64,000 bases of DNA from Paraphysomonas bandaiensis. Taxonomy: Eukaryota; Protista; Chrysophyceae. The stretch is from positions 11,032-75,031 of the forward strand of contig CBFFRP010000440.1 of NCBI GenBank assembly GCA_965644295.1. Reading direction: 5' to 3'. A model generated the notes under the pieces. It was not told where the DNA came from. It saw nothing but the letters and a program-made list of their open reading frames with translations, and did not search any database. Each line of letters opens with the position of its first letter. The first letter of the stretch is position 1. Both the position numbers and the translations under genes were made by a program. Shown one piece after another: positions 49,101 through 60,585 of the stretch.

Positions 49101-52100
49101 TCGATGTCAACACACCAGCATACAAAACGCCCTCGCGGACAGCATCTCGACCTTTCCACTGGACAAGGCGCCTCCACCTGTTGCTGGTGCTTATACCTGT
49201 GAAGATTCATTTAAACGAATGGTTCCACAAACCACATAACATTACCAGGGGATGAAACAAGTGCCAGAAGGACGACAATACACTTGCTCTTTCCAGCACT
49301 ATCATCGTCGTCTTCATTATCCACGTCAACATGACGAATCTGCACTATGCGTGCAGACACCTTCTGTCCCTTGCGAAGAGAACTAAACGGGTGCAGTTTA
49401 CTGATGCCTTTCCTAGCGCTGTCTGTAAGTTCCGCAGACATAGAGTTCTCCAAGGACTTCTCCAAATCGTCACAGCCATCACATGCATCAGTGCAGCACG
49501 AAACGTGAATCGATGCCTGAATGTTGACATCTACATGATCAGGGTTCTCGGGAACTACAGTGGTTTCCATGCGGTTGACGTTTTGCACCTCCCAGCGCAA
49601 AATAGCACCCATGCGAATGCTCTCAACAAATTTCTGACGGGCTACACTGGGCTCCACTGCCTTGGTCAGGCCCTTCGCTTTCGTAGCTGCAAACTTTTCA
49701 TGAATCTTAATATCAGATTGCTCCACTTCCTTCTGCAGTTGTGCCGCCTAAAATGAAAATTATTACTAGCCACTACGACCACCTTACATATAAAAACCTG
49801 TTTCCTATGACGGTCACTCTCTTCGGTGTACAGACTGCCAATGGTTACGTGATCATAAGGAGTCGACATATTCGAAGAAAAGAGTTGTTTCGTCAAAACT
49901 TTTTCGATACGAACAGGCAGAATTTGTCCAAGGGTATAGCCCGTGGTATCTTTATATGGACAGTTGTAGTCGGCCACCATAACAAAGCATAAAGTACTCT
50001 CGTTGAGTGCAACCACAAGATAACGTTCTTTAACAAGAACGACACTTGTACTCGTGCATATCTCTCCAGCAGAAAAACATTTCGTTGGTGCGATCACGAC
50101 ACCGCTGCCAACGCCTGACTCAGCCTTCTTTTTCTTCTTTGCTTTCTTGGAATCACGACATTGCGCAGCACTCACAAGTGCTTGATCTAAAGTTCCCTCC
50201 AACACACTGTGGCTCAGATCGATATCTACGACCACAGCGTCCAAAGAGTCACCTTCACTAACGTTTTGTGTGTTGTCGGATGTCTTTATAAGCATCATCG
50301 TTACGTTATCTGGACACATTAAAACAATTCCATATTCTTTGATAGAGGCTACTGTACAGCTTACGACGTGGCCAACAGGGTACATTTCCCAAGCAGGAAT
50401 AGATACCGACGACGTTGAAGCAGCCACCTCGGCAAGAGTCGACTCGTATGATTCCCGTAAAATAGTTGACAAATATGTGACCATCCCTGTAGAAGGTGGA
50501 ACAATAGCTGGCTTTAATGTGACAATCGCTCGGTCACGTGCTAGATCCACACGCTGCACAACACATCGAACGGAGTCACCAACAGAGAATAGGCCAACAG
50601 GAGTAGCTATGAATTTATCAGCAACATTAGGACGCGGGGCTAGAGCTGTCATCGCATCACGGAATCTAACAAGTATACCATACGCCTCAACCTTCCACAC
50701 ATAGCCTACTACAATCTGTCCAGGTGACAAATCGCTAATGCGTGACGGGATAGAGACTGCTTCCACGTCACGAGAGGAAAAGTTGGCTGATGCACTATTC
50801 TTTACACCTGCAGCAGCACGAAACAGCGGCTTCATCGAAATAGTTATCGTTCCCCCTTTCCCAGTAGAACTCAACACAACGGCATTTTCGATTCGCGAAC
50901 CATTTGCAAAAGCACTAGCACTGCAGTAGAACTGACTGTATTGGGCAATATCACAAGTGTGGTCTTTGTGGAGGATTCCCAAGCGGCCATCATCTAGTCT
51001 GACCTGAAAGATACCATCCTCTTGTTTAATTACAATTCCTGATACTAGTTCCAATGTAACATCATTGCTTATTGATTCCTCAGCAGTTGATTCCTGCATG
51101 GCACCGTTTTTATCAGCTTCCGTTTCCTTGTCACTTATTGCTCGAATGATAGAAGACGTGTCACCAATGTCCAGGCCAAGCAGCAATTTAGCCTTCGCAT
51201 TAGATTTCTTTGAAGATGGAGACTTCTTCTGTAAAACTACACACCGAACCACTTGTCCTATTCTATATGCACCTTCAACGTCTGCATCAAAACATCAAGA
51301 GATCATATTTCTATATATTAACCCCCACTACCTGCCACTCCTTGCTTGACAAGTACACTCATTGGAATCAAACCTTTCACTTTATTAAAAAAGTGGATCT
51401 GAAGACCCTCATGAGACATTTTGGAAACAACACCCACGGCGGTTTTACCCTCCACTGCATCTTGGACTGATGTTAGAATATTTTCTTCTGACGCTTGCAC
51501 TAAGCTTTTTTTATTCGTCATGACAATGGCAGAGTCTTTGGCCTCCCATACCCTCATGGTCAGCTTTTGTTTAGCTTTATACCGCTTCTGAAGTTGAATG
51601 GAGTGCCCCGAATCTGTCAAGTGCATGGACGGGCATATCGCACGAACCTTACCACCTAGCTGCACCACTAGGCCAAAATCTGACACTTTTAACACTTCTA
51701 CTTCCAATACCTGGCCAACCTCCACCTGTGATGAGTGAACTACGGATCCATCAACAAACTCTGATATTGTAGATCCTACAGAAATGCCTTCCACTAAATG
51801 GTATCCCATTACTCTGACATCCATCTCCTTTCCTACTTTGTAAGTACTTTCCCAATCTCCTCCAGAAGTCTGCAGAGATGACTTGTGGACAAAAATACCA
51901 CTCACTGCAGAATCATCGGCGTCACGTTTCGCCTGCATGGCAATCGCCTGAGCCTTTTTATTTTTCTTCCCAGTCGGAGCTGATTCCTCTTCATCAATAT
52001 TTTTTGACACGGTCAAAACCACCCCGACTTTGTTGATGACACTTGTGACAGTGTAGGAGGAGAGAACATCCCCTGCACGCAGAAAGTAAACATGTATAAA

Positions 52101-53529
52101 ATAAAGGAGGAAATGAAGCGCACCGAGTGCAGGCAAGTTTCTCGGGGATCTCATCTCTATCACATGGGGTCGCATGGATAGTCGGACACTTTTACTGCAC
52201 AAAAACCGGGTGAGACAACTGTTAACCCCAGCGCATAGAGATCTACGCACCTGCCGTGATCTATGAATATGATTCTTGCCTGCAATACGTCTCCTTCAGA
52301 AAATCTTGACTTCCATTCATCACTGCCGGTGCTAATACGAGGGAGACTCCACATATCAATAGATCCATGAAATATGCCGAGAAAATTAACAGTCAAGCCA
52401 TTCTACGAACATACCATTGAATTGAGTAGAATAGATGAAACAATAAGATAACGCACCACTGCAACGTTTTCCACCACGGCATTGACCATCATACCCGCCT
52501 GTAAAGATGTGAATGCTAATTTGCTTCCGCGAGTAATCGCCTCGGAAACAGCTTTGCGATGGGCGCGCAAAGTGACAGTGTGGGCAGCAAAGTTGACATC
52601 TTCCACGATAGTCTCCACTGACTGTCCTATGGAGAGAAATGCAGTCAGCGCAAATAAATGTACAGTGGTCGTGACATTAAAAGTAACAAACAGCACTTAC
52701 CAACACCAAGGGTTCCCATTGCATTCGGAACTGCTGTAAAAGGAAGAAAGCAAGTTGTTCCATAAATTCCGGTTACTATGACGTATCTGGAAGTATGTTA
52801 AAAGAATGTAACACAGACTAGATACGGACCCTTTATCCTCCACACTCCCTACGCAACCCTGTATGGGAAATCCTGGAAGAAGATGTTGTATATTAAGGCC
52901 ACGATTGATTGAACTGGAGCGCAAGCTAGCAATAAGTGTCTTCTTCTTCCTATTCGTCTCCTGCTGAGCTAATATGTGGCACCGCACCGGTAGCATAGGC
53001 TGCTCTCAGAGTACCGTCGTTAAAAAAATATATCAATACGTATAAATCTGCACACCTGAAATATTTCACTGAGGGGAGCCACAGATGATTCATCGCCTTC
53101 AGAAGAATGCACACTGCGATGATGCACATCTGATGCCTCAGAAAAGGGGACGGTAGCTGTCACCCCTCCAGGGAGACTAATAATCAATGCGTCTTCGTTA
53201 ACTTGTAGTACATATCCCATCGCTTGGCATCCTATTAAATACTTTCCGAAATTAATTCCGTCGATCTTCAGTACTTTACTATTTCCCAACGACTTGGTCA
53301 TGCCTAGCCCAATGCCAGGCAGAGGAGTGGCAGATAAATTGCTCTTCGGAGCATTTCGCTTCCTTTTATTTGATGCTTTCTTTGATTTCTGTGGAGCAAT
53401 TTCAACTTTTCTAGTTTTCTTGACTTTAAAGAGATCATCATTGGTGGAAGTATGGCTCCCTTGACCACCTGATGCCTTACCATTCGATGTCGAACTGTTA
53501 CTATTGCCTCGAGGAAAAGGTACGTCCAT
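46140..53529 (-). CDS. RRP5: rRNA biogenesis protein Rrp5/PDCD11 (multiple S1 domains + C-terminal HAT repeats), multi-exon
   Basis: FPRG N-terminus; repeated S1 motifs (GYVWKVEAYGILVRF, GRVHRITDFGVFVTI); SSLLWIQYMSFHL, ERGREVFEDLL, YPKRTDIWNVFVDKE, KSVFKKYLNFELTHG, KARDYV. Confidence 0.96.
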
Positions 53530-54162
53530 TTTTATTAATTAAACAGAAATTAAGACTCACAGATAGAAAATTGTATAGAATAAGAACAAACGAATGTATG
53601 GAGAGTCTAAACTAGATCTACAAGAGGTCCACAAGCATGCTGTGTGTAAAGCACGTACAATGTGGGCAAGAACTCCTTGCTAAGAGATTGAGGATGTGTG
53701 CGTGTATATGAGCCCTGGCCATTGACGTGAGACTATTGGTGGGTGGACAGGACAGAGACGAGATCGAAGTCACAAGCAGCAGCACAGCTATTCTTACAGT
53801 GGCAATGATTGGCCACAACCCCATGAACATATACACTGCTGCTGGTCATTTCGATACTCTGACAACTGCTGTATATGCTTGTAAAATACATGAAATACAG
53901 ATGTATGGAATACCGTACACCATCATGGTACAGCAGGAGGCAGATACTGACGAGAGCCGCGTATTGGCATCCTTTGTGTATTTTTGTTCAAATATGCCTC
54001 TAATATTGAGACAAAAATTGTCTCTATTTAAGCTGTAGTTTTATTGCAATAATATAGAGTATATTTACTTCAATTTATTTCCGAAAAATAAGATGCTGAC
54101 TGCCGATACGCGGGACGGGAATAATCCACGCACACACACAGCATTAACCACTCAGTGTTCCG

Positions 54163-55640
54163 ATGTCACAGTGCACCGATCACGATAGATCACTCTACGA
54201 GTTGCTGCATTTCGTTCTCCCTCGATACGTCAGGTGCACATTGAATACAAACACACGTCTCGTATTTAATGCTACCTGCGACAGGGTGTCATCATGCCAA
54301 GATTCGTTGTTGACGCCAAGCTCTTGGTGCGCAGTCAAGTGGATGCCTGGATTTATTGCTATTCCAGGGTACGTATCTATCAAAGAATTTCTGTCACTAC
54401 ATGAGAGGCAGATGAAACATAGCTTTCCAATGGATGCGTCGTCAGGCATTCCCGCAAAAGTCATTGCTCTTTCTTCTCCTGATCGCATTCTGGATGTATG
54501 CTGCTGCCCTGGAGGAAAGCTCATAGCAGTGGCGGACCAGGTGAAACCTTCTGGATCTGTTATTGGTGTGGATATTTCGTCTCATCGACTCAATACTTGC
54601 CGAGCATTGGTCAACACTTATATCCGTTGCATGCACGATCCTAAAAGCGATCCAGTTTCTCCCCCTAGAATCCTACTATTCTGTGCGGACGGAACAGATT
54701 TTAGTAGCACTTCCTGCGGAGAGTTGTTGTATGACTCATTAGTGGCGATAGAGGACTTGACAGTCCATGGCGGGAGTCGAAAGCGACATAATAAGAGCAG
54801 CAGGTCACGGGAAAATAAGAGATTGCGTAGTATTCAACGGGCCATTGAGACGGGCTTCCCATCGGAATTAGACGACGTACAGCTGGACAGTTTTGACGCT
54901 GTTTTAGTAGATGCTCAGTGCACTCACGATGGGTCATATCGACACATGCGCTATGTGGACTCCGACGTCAGCTGCAGTCGTGGTCTGCCTACGCCAACTA
55001 CGGGTGACTCCTTAGCTTTTACTCGATTACGAAAGACCGCTGTCAAAAAACATATTACTGACAGCTCCCGACCGATACTATCCGATCCTGAGGGAGTCTC
55101 TCCGGCGGTTTCTCTTCAGCGTAAGTTGATCCGCAATGGATTACGTCGTCTTCGACCCGGAGGAACACTGGTATATAGCACGTGTAGTACCGACACAGAG
55201 CAGAACGAGGGCGTCATTAGGTGGCTGCTCTCCCAGGAAAGCGAGGTAGAAGTTGTACCGATTGACTGGACGAAATGGCCGATGAACAAGACGTGCTCTG
55301 ATGGCTCAGGTATATATATTTTTCGTTTGGTGATGTTTACCTAATTTCTCAATTTCGGTGTTTAGCTGAATCAGAAGTAAGCACGAAAGAAGACTGTGAT
55401 AGTACACACCCCCTACTTGATGTCGTACTGAATAGCAGTGATACGGATGTTCTGTCTGCACTGGAAAGGCTGTATGGAGAGAACCCGGAGAGTCTAAAAG
55501 CATTAGCGCGAGACGTTTGCCGTCACGTTTCTTCCTTTGACATGCCACCTTTTAGGTGTGGTGAGATAAATGGGACATACTACTTTGGAAGATGGGGCGG
55601 AACATCAGGACTTTTCGTCGCGAAATTGGTTAAGAAATAA
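54163..55640 (+). CDS. NOL1/NOP2/Sun (RsmB/RsmF-type) RNA m5C methyltransferase, two exons
   Basis: ILDVCCCPGGKL, FDAVLVDAQCTHDGS, LVYSTCS...EQNEGVI. After an intron at ~55310-55365 the frame ends GTSGLFVAKLVKK* (55638-55640). Confidence 0.92.
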
Positions 55641-55860
55641 AATTGATGCGCAGTGCCACGCTTATTTTAACAGAGTAGCACGCTCATAGCGGTATATTGT
55701 GTATGTTTTGGAGTAGGGTACTTCGCACGCAGCACATGATACAATTCTTACCGTTGTAAATTTGAAATTTGATTCTGCTGTATGTGTATTTGTATGTTAC
55801 AGTTTAGGCTTGTTGCGATAATTAAGTTCACTGAGATACGTGTTTATCAGTACGTATCCC

Positions 55861-57160
55861 CATTTTGTCTCAAAAAAAGTTTTTTTTGACCTGATTTTGT
55901 CTCAACAGGGCGCTCATATCAGCACCGGGCAAATATAGGCATTCAACTTCAATATTAGGTTCAACAGAAGCTCACTTCTATCTTTATTATGATAATGACA
56001 GTCATATGTACGTGATTTCATTATAGTACACAATTATAGAGAAACCACAACCATGAGCCCAATATCAAGAGCAGATCATCTAACACTCCAAGTTTTATTC
56101 CATCCTTCGACTGCTGTAGAAGATCATAACGATGTCAGTGCAAGTGATCTATCTTCACAGCCAGGACTTCGAAACAACTTTAAGTATATTACAGGAGAGT
56201 TTAAGTACCATATCCGATGCTATATAGGTGGTTAGGAGCAGTGGCACCCAGTTATTTCAGGGTTTGGGCCATATGATATCGTGCTTCTTGTCAAGTTATG
56301 ACACAATTGGATGATTTACTAAGTTAACAGGACGTTTATTTACTCATTAATCAAGTTAAGATTAGGGAAGATTATAATAAGTATAATAAGCAATATATAT
56401 CATGTTATCTCTAGTACCACTCATTCCTCATACGATCTTATATGGTCACCGCCCTTCATGACCACTTATTTCAGTTTCACTACTATATAGACATCGTCAT
56501 GATATCACTTCTCATAATACAGCTCATCACTACTGTATTCTTCGACTAACGGTCATAATTCCAATACCTTAGAATTACAGCTTTTAATTGCTTAAACAGC
56601 AAAACTCAACACTTCTCAGGATATTGTGTGCCTCATATCATCACACATCATTCGATCAGGTGCACTTGCAGAGGTCAAGCCTGCTGTATATAAATGTGAT
56701 GATGATGCTAATTAAGGGAATAAGAAGCCTCTCTTGCGCCTACAACTGTTCACATTCATCATCACACTTATGTACGAATTTCAACACTTCGCAGTTGCTA
56801 TTCCCTCAGTATTCTTCTGTGGTAGGAGTGCATTTGTTGTAGCTGTTATAGAAACTTAGGGTTTATTGCGTTGAGTTGATCTTGTACTATTGCTACTCCA
56901 TAAGCATACAGCATACATATCTGATTTGAAACTATATGAGTTCTCATTTGTGTTCTTAGTGTTAATCCGGAACATCTATTTCTTAATACAGCAAGCATGC
57001 TACAAATAGCTATACAATCTAATATTAACTTTTCAACGTCATGAGGATAAGCTACAATTTAACCTAAGGATAAGAAGTATCGTCCCTTGTCTAAATTTTA
57101 AATCTCGGGCTTTTCGCCCTTGTTTCAAAATTTTGAGCGCGGGACGATATAGCCTCCTTT
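55861..57160 (+). repeat. Dispersed ~1.2-kb repeat, copy 2, with a ~330-bp extra segment
   Basis: Collinear with 2314-3492 except for ~56287-56618. Ends agcctcctt followed by ttaa. Confidence 0.85.
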
Positions 57161-58424
57161 TAACTATATGGGATCTATTATTGGACCTTGCCAATTTGGT
57201 GTAATTTCCTAGTCACTCAAATAGTGCAAAAACCTAGTCAAAGGATTGAATAGTTAGTCGTTAATCGAATCATATTTCAGCTTACGATGACTAGGTGTTT
57301 GTGGTATTCTTCACCTAGCCATCATTTAATGAATGTAGAATGCAGATATTGAATCATTTACTTTAAGACTAGTTTTTTACACCAGAATTAGTGTGACTAG
57401 AGAATTCAATCAATTTGATTTACTTCCCAATTTCAAAACGTTCTGATACACTAAGTTCTCAGGTATATAGCAATACAGTATCATAGATCAATAGGTGATT
57501 GTTACTCGTATTGTAGAACGTATTATAACACATTGCCGTATGGGATACGTAATGAATTGTCCAGTCGCTAACACTCTAAGATTTAAAGATTTCTCTATGT
57601 TAAAATTACGGGAATGGAAAATGGAAGCACAGTGTCTACTCCACCCCCGCCCTTTCGACCGAATTAATGCCGTATGTCAAACATGTACGTTGAAATGTAT
57701 AGTCGATTCTAAGCAGACAGTTGTGCAGCAGTAAGCGATACACTCAAGTTGTAAATATACTGTCCTCCGTCCTCCTATTGAAAAGAGTTCTTCAAATGTA
57801 GCTAATTTTGTCTGCAATGAATGCCTTGCTAAAGTTGTTCCTTGTCGCTTCTATACAACAAATACAAGCACTGAGGAGTCATCAAGCCGTATTTCATTAA
57901 ACTGTTGAGAAAGCCTTCCACGGCGAATTAAATATCAGGGCTGCTTTCATAGCTAGCCATAATCACTTCTCCACTGCAGGGTGAGAGTCGCCAAAGTCTA
58001 CCGCACTACTCCGCTACGAAATACTGACGGAATGATAGTTTTGGAATCCGATTTAAGATAACTTTGTGGTGCCAGAGATATCGTCGGTTCATTTGATCTG
58101 ATTAAGGCACAGAGAGTCACTCTGCAAATGCATGTTTTCATGAGCTCCAAGTAGAGCCGTGAAGTGAAGAGGACAAGAACAGAATACAACACCACTACAG
58201 TCCTGTACTCTGGTGGCCACCTTCAAGCCATTTTTTCCATAAACTGAGTATCTTAAATCGACACAAACTGAACACAATTCCTTACTTGACTAGGAACCAC
58301 AAGTTGATTGGTCAATAGCAGTGGAATTGTGTGGTTTTGTGGGTGAAGAAGTCGCAGTGGAAGAATGCATTCTGAAGTCTTCTCTAAATTCACTGATTCT
58401 TAACCCCCCCTTTATTTAACTATC

Positions 58425-59243
58425 ATGAGCCAGTGGAAACTAGTTGAAGCCGAGCCTCTTGGGGGTCAGAATGGCTCTGATAATATACACCATAAATACG
58501 GAGGTGTGTATATGTGTGTCACATAGTCCGCACAGTAACTCTATGCAGGCAATAATTATCAAAGCCGACACCGTCGAAATAGTAGAGGCGGGGGAGATTA
58601 TAGAAGGCGTGGAGGGGGAAGGCGGGGGAACAACCATTATGACAACATGCTGGTCTCAGATACCCCTGAATCGCGACGTTATTACGCTCAAATGGCAGTG
58701 CAAGTAATGTATGTACAGAATTATATGCCGACAAAGCCTGATGATATGATGTATTCAGAGAGTATTACTTCTCTCCAGATAGTTTATGTGCCGATATGAC
58801 TATCCGGTCGTATATGGACGAGGAGGGATATGTTCCTATAGCTTTGGTGTGCAATTTTCCTGATGTTTTGGCAGTTGGAGCATACTATGAGGACATCATC
58901 TCTGCTCTCGGCGAGTCTAGTGCGTTTGAACTCGACTTGGAGAACGAAACGATGCGTCTTCCTGACTACCGTAAGGTGAGACTTTACCAATTTACTTGTA
59001 TCATATGCTTCTGACTCGCTCCCCTCTTAGTGGCTCATGCCTAACGGCAAAGGAGGATTCGGTCTTCCCCGCTATATTATTCAACAACCTTGGACAGGGG
59101 CTGAAAGTGAAGACTCTGCCGTAGTTGCGTCGCAGCAGGAAGTGGGAAATGAGGAAAATAAGTCCGAAACCCGAGATAGATCTCTCAGTAAGGAGCTGTC
59201 GGCTGCCGCAACTGTTTACACTCCCTCTTCTCCCGAAAAGTGA
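58425..59243 (+). CDS. Small La-motif (LARP-type) RNA-binding protein, multi-exon
   Basis: RG-rich segment, then EYYFSPDSLCADMTIRSYMDEEGYVPIALVCNFPDV (La motif). C-terminal ELSAAATVYTP resembles PAM2. Confidence 0.88.
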
Positions 59244-59874
59244 AGGTGGTGCAATAGTAGACAACGGATTAACATTGGCGCTGAAGCGTTCTTTAGTGTT
59301 TTAGTCTCAGCTCGGTGGTATTATGTTTGGTGAATAGTGGATATGACGCCATTTGTATTTAAAGGCCTTATATGGTGTGGGATTATTCTCACTTTGAGCT
59401 CTCTCGGTAGTCAGTACATATAAAACAGCCCGGTGAAGATGTGGTATTTGAATAGGGGCATGAATGGTGAATGGCTTATAGTATAGACAACTATAAAAGA
59501 TTAAGATCGAATATATGGTATCAATTCTGCACATTTTCGCATAAAAGAACTTGTTGGAATACGTATGGTTCTCTAATATAGGACTGTAGATATAGTAATA
59601 TAATATACGTTTAAATACATTGTGATAAACAGTAAGCGTAGTGCGGGTGCTGTACCAAGTGGGGTCAGCGGAAGTAATCGTGTCTGTGAAAGTGTACCTT
59701 TTGTGTCTAATGAGACTAGTAAAACGAAGAGATGGGAGAGCAAGGCTCTTTTTTAGCCCCAACCCCAATTTCAATTGGGGCTATCTCTTCGAGAGTTTCC
59801 AATTACAACCGAAAGGCTTTCGGTTGTAATTCTCTCTCTTTGCCAGTTTAACTTCATATCTTATTATTAATAAC

Positions 59875-59984
59875 TTAATTACTTTATATATTATTTTTAT
59901 TCTTATAATAAAATTAATTACTTTATATATTATTTTTATTCTTATAATAAAATTAATTACTTTATATATTATTTATATTCTTAT
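59875..59984. repeat. 39-bp AT-rich tandem repeat (~2.8 copies)
   Basis: Unit ttaattactttatatattatttttattcttataataaaa. Confidence 0.9.
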
Positions 59985-60195
59985 CTATTAGGAGTCATAG
60001 ATTCACCTATATCCCTTAACGCGTGAATACAACACATGTATACAATGAAATACCTAATAGAGACTGAATAATTACCAAACTATACATGATACGCGACTGT
60101 ACATGATACGCACATATGTGTGGTGCTAACGCTCTGCTCAAACGTGTCTTGCTATTATACTATTAGGCCTTATCGTTCAATCTTTATCTCTAATA

Positions 60196-60404
60196 ATGAT
60201 ATGTTATATATGATATGTTATATATGATATGTTATATACGATATGTTATATATGATATGTTATATATAATATGTTATATATGATATGTTATATATGATAT
60301 GGTATATATGATATGTTATATATGATATGTTATATATGATATGTTATATATGATATGTTATATATGATATGTTATATATGATATGTTATATAATATATTG
60401 ATAT
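60196..60404. repeat. 14-bp subtelomeric minisatellite (~15 copies)
   Basis: Unit atgatatgttatat. Confidence 0.95.
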
Positions 60405-60585
60405 ACGGGGACTCTGTGACACTTTTAGTGTCACATAGTTCCCCAAATATCAATATATACCCCTTCCATCAATTTATAGGCGATAGCACTTCCTGAAACT
60501 TGGTGGGAGCACATACCGAAAGAAGGGTGGTTCAGTCAAAGGTTTTGGTAAGTGTCAACAACTGCAAAGCACCCAAACTATTCGA

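Noticed and set aside
46850-52739. Numerous plus-strand ORFs of 60-160 aa opposite RRP5 (and similarly opposite SEC24, WDR18 and MLO)
   Set aside because: Antisense shadows of real coding exons with no independent motifs.
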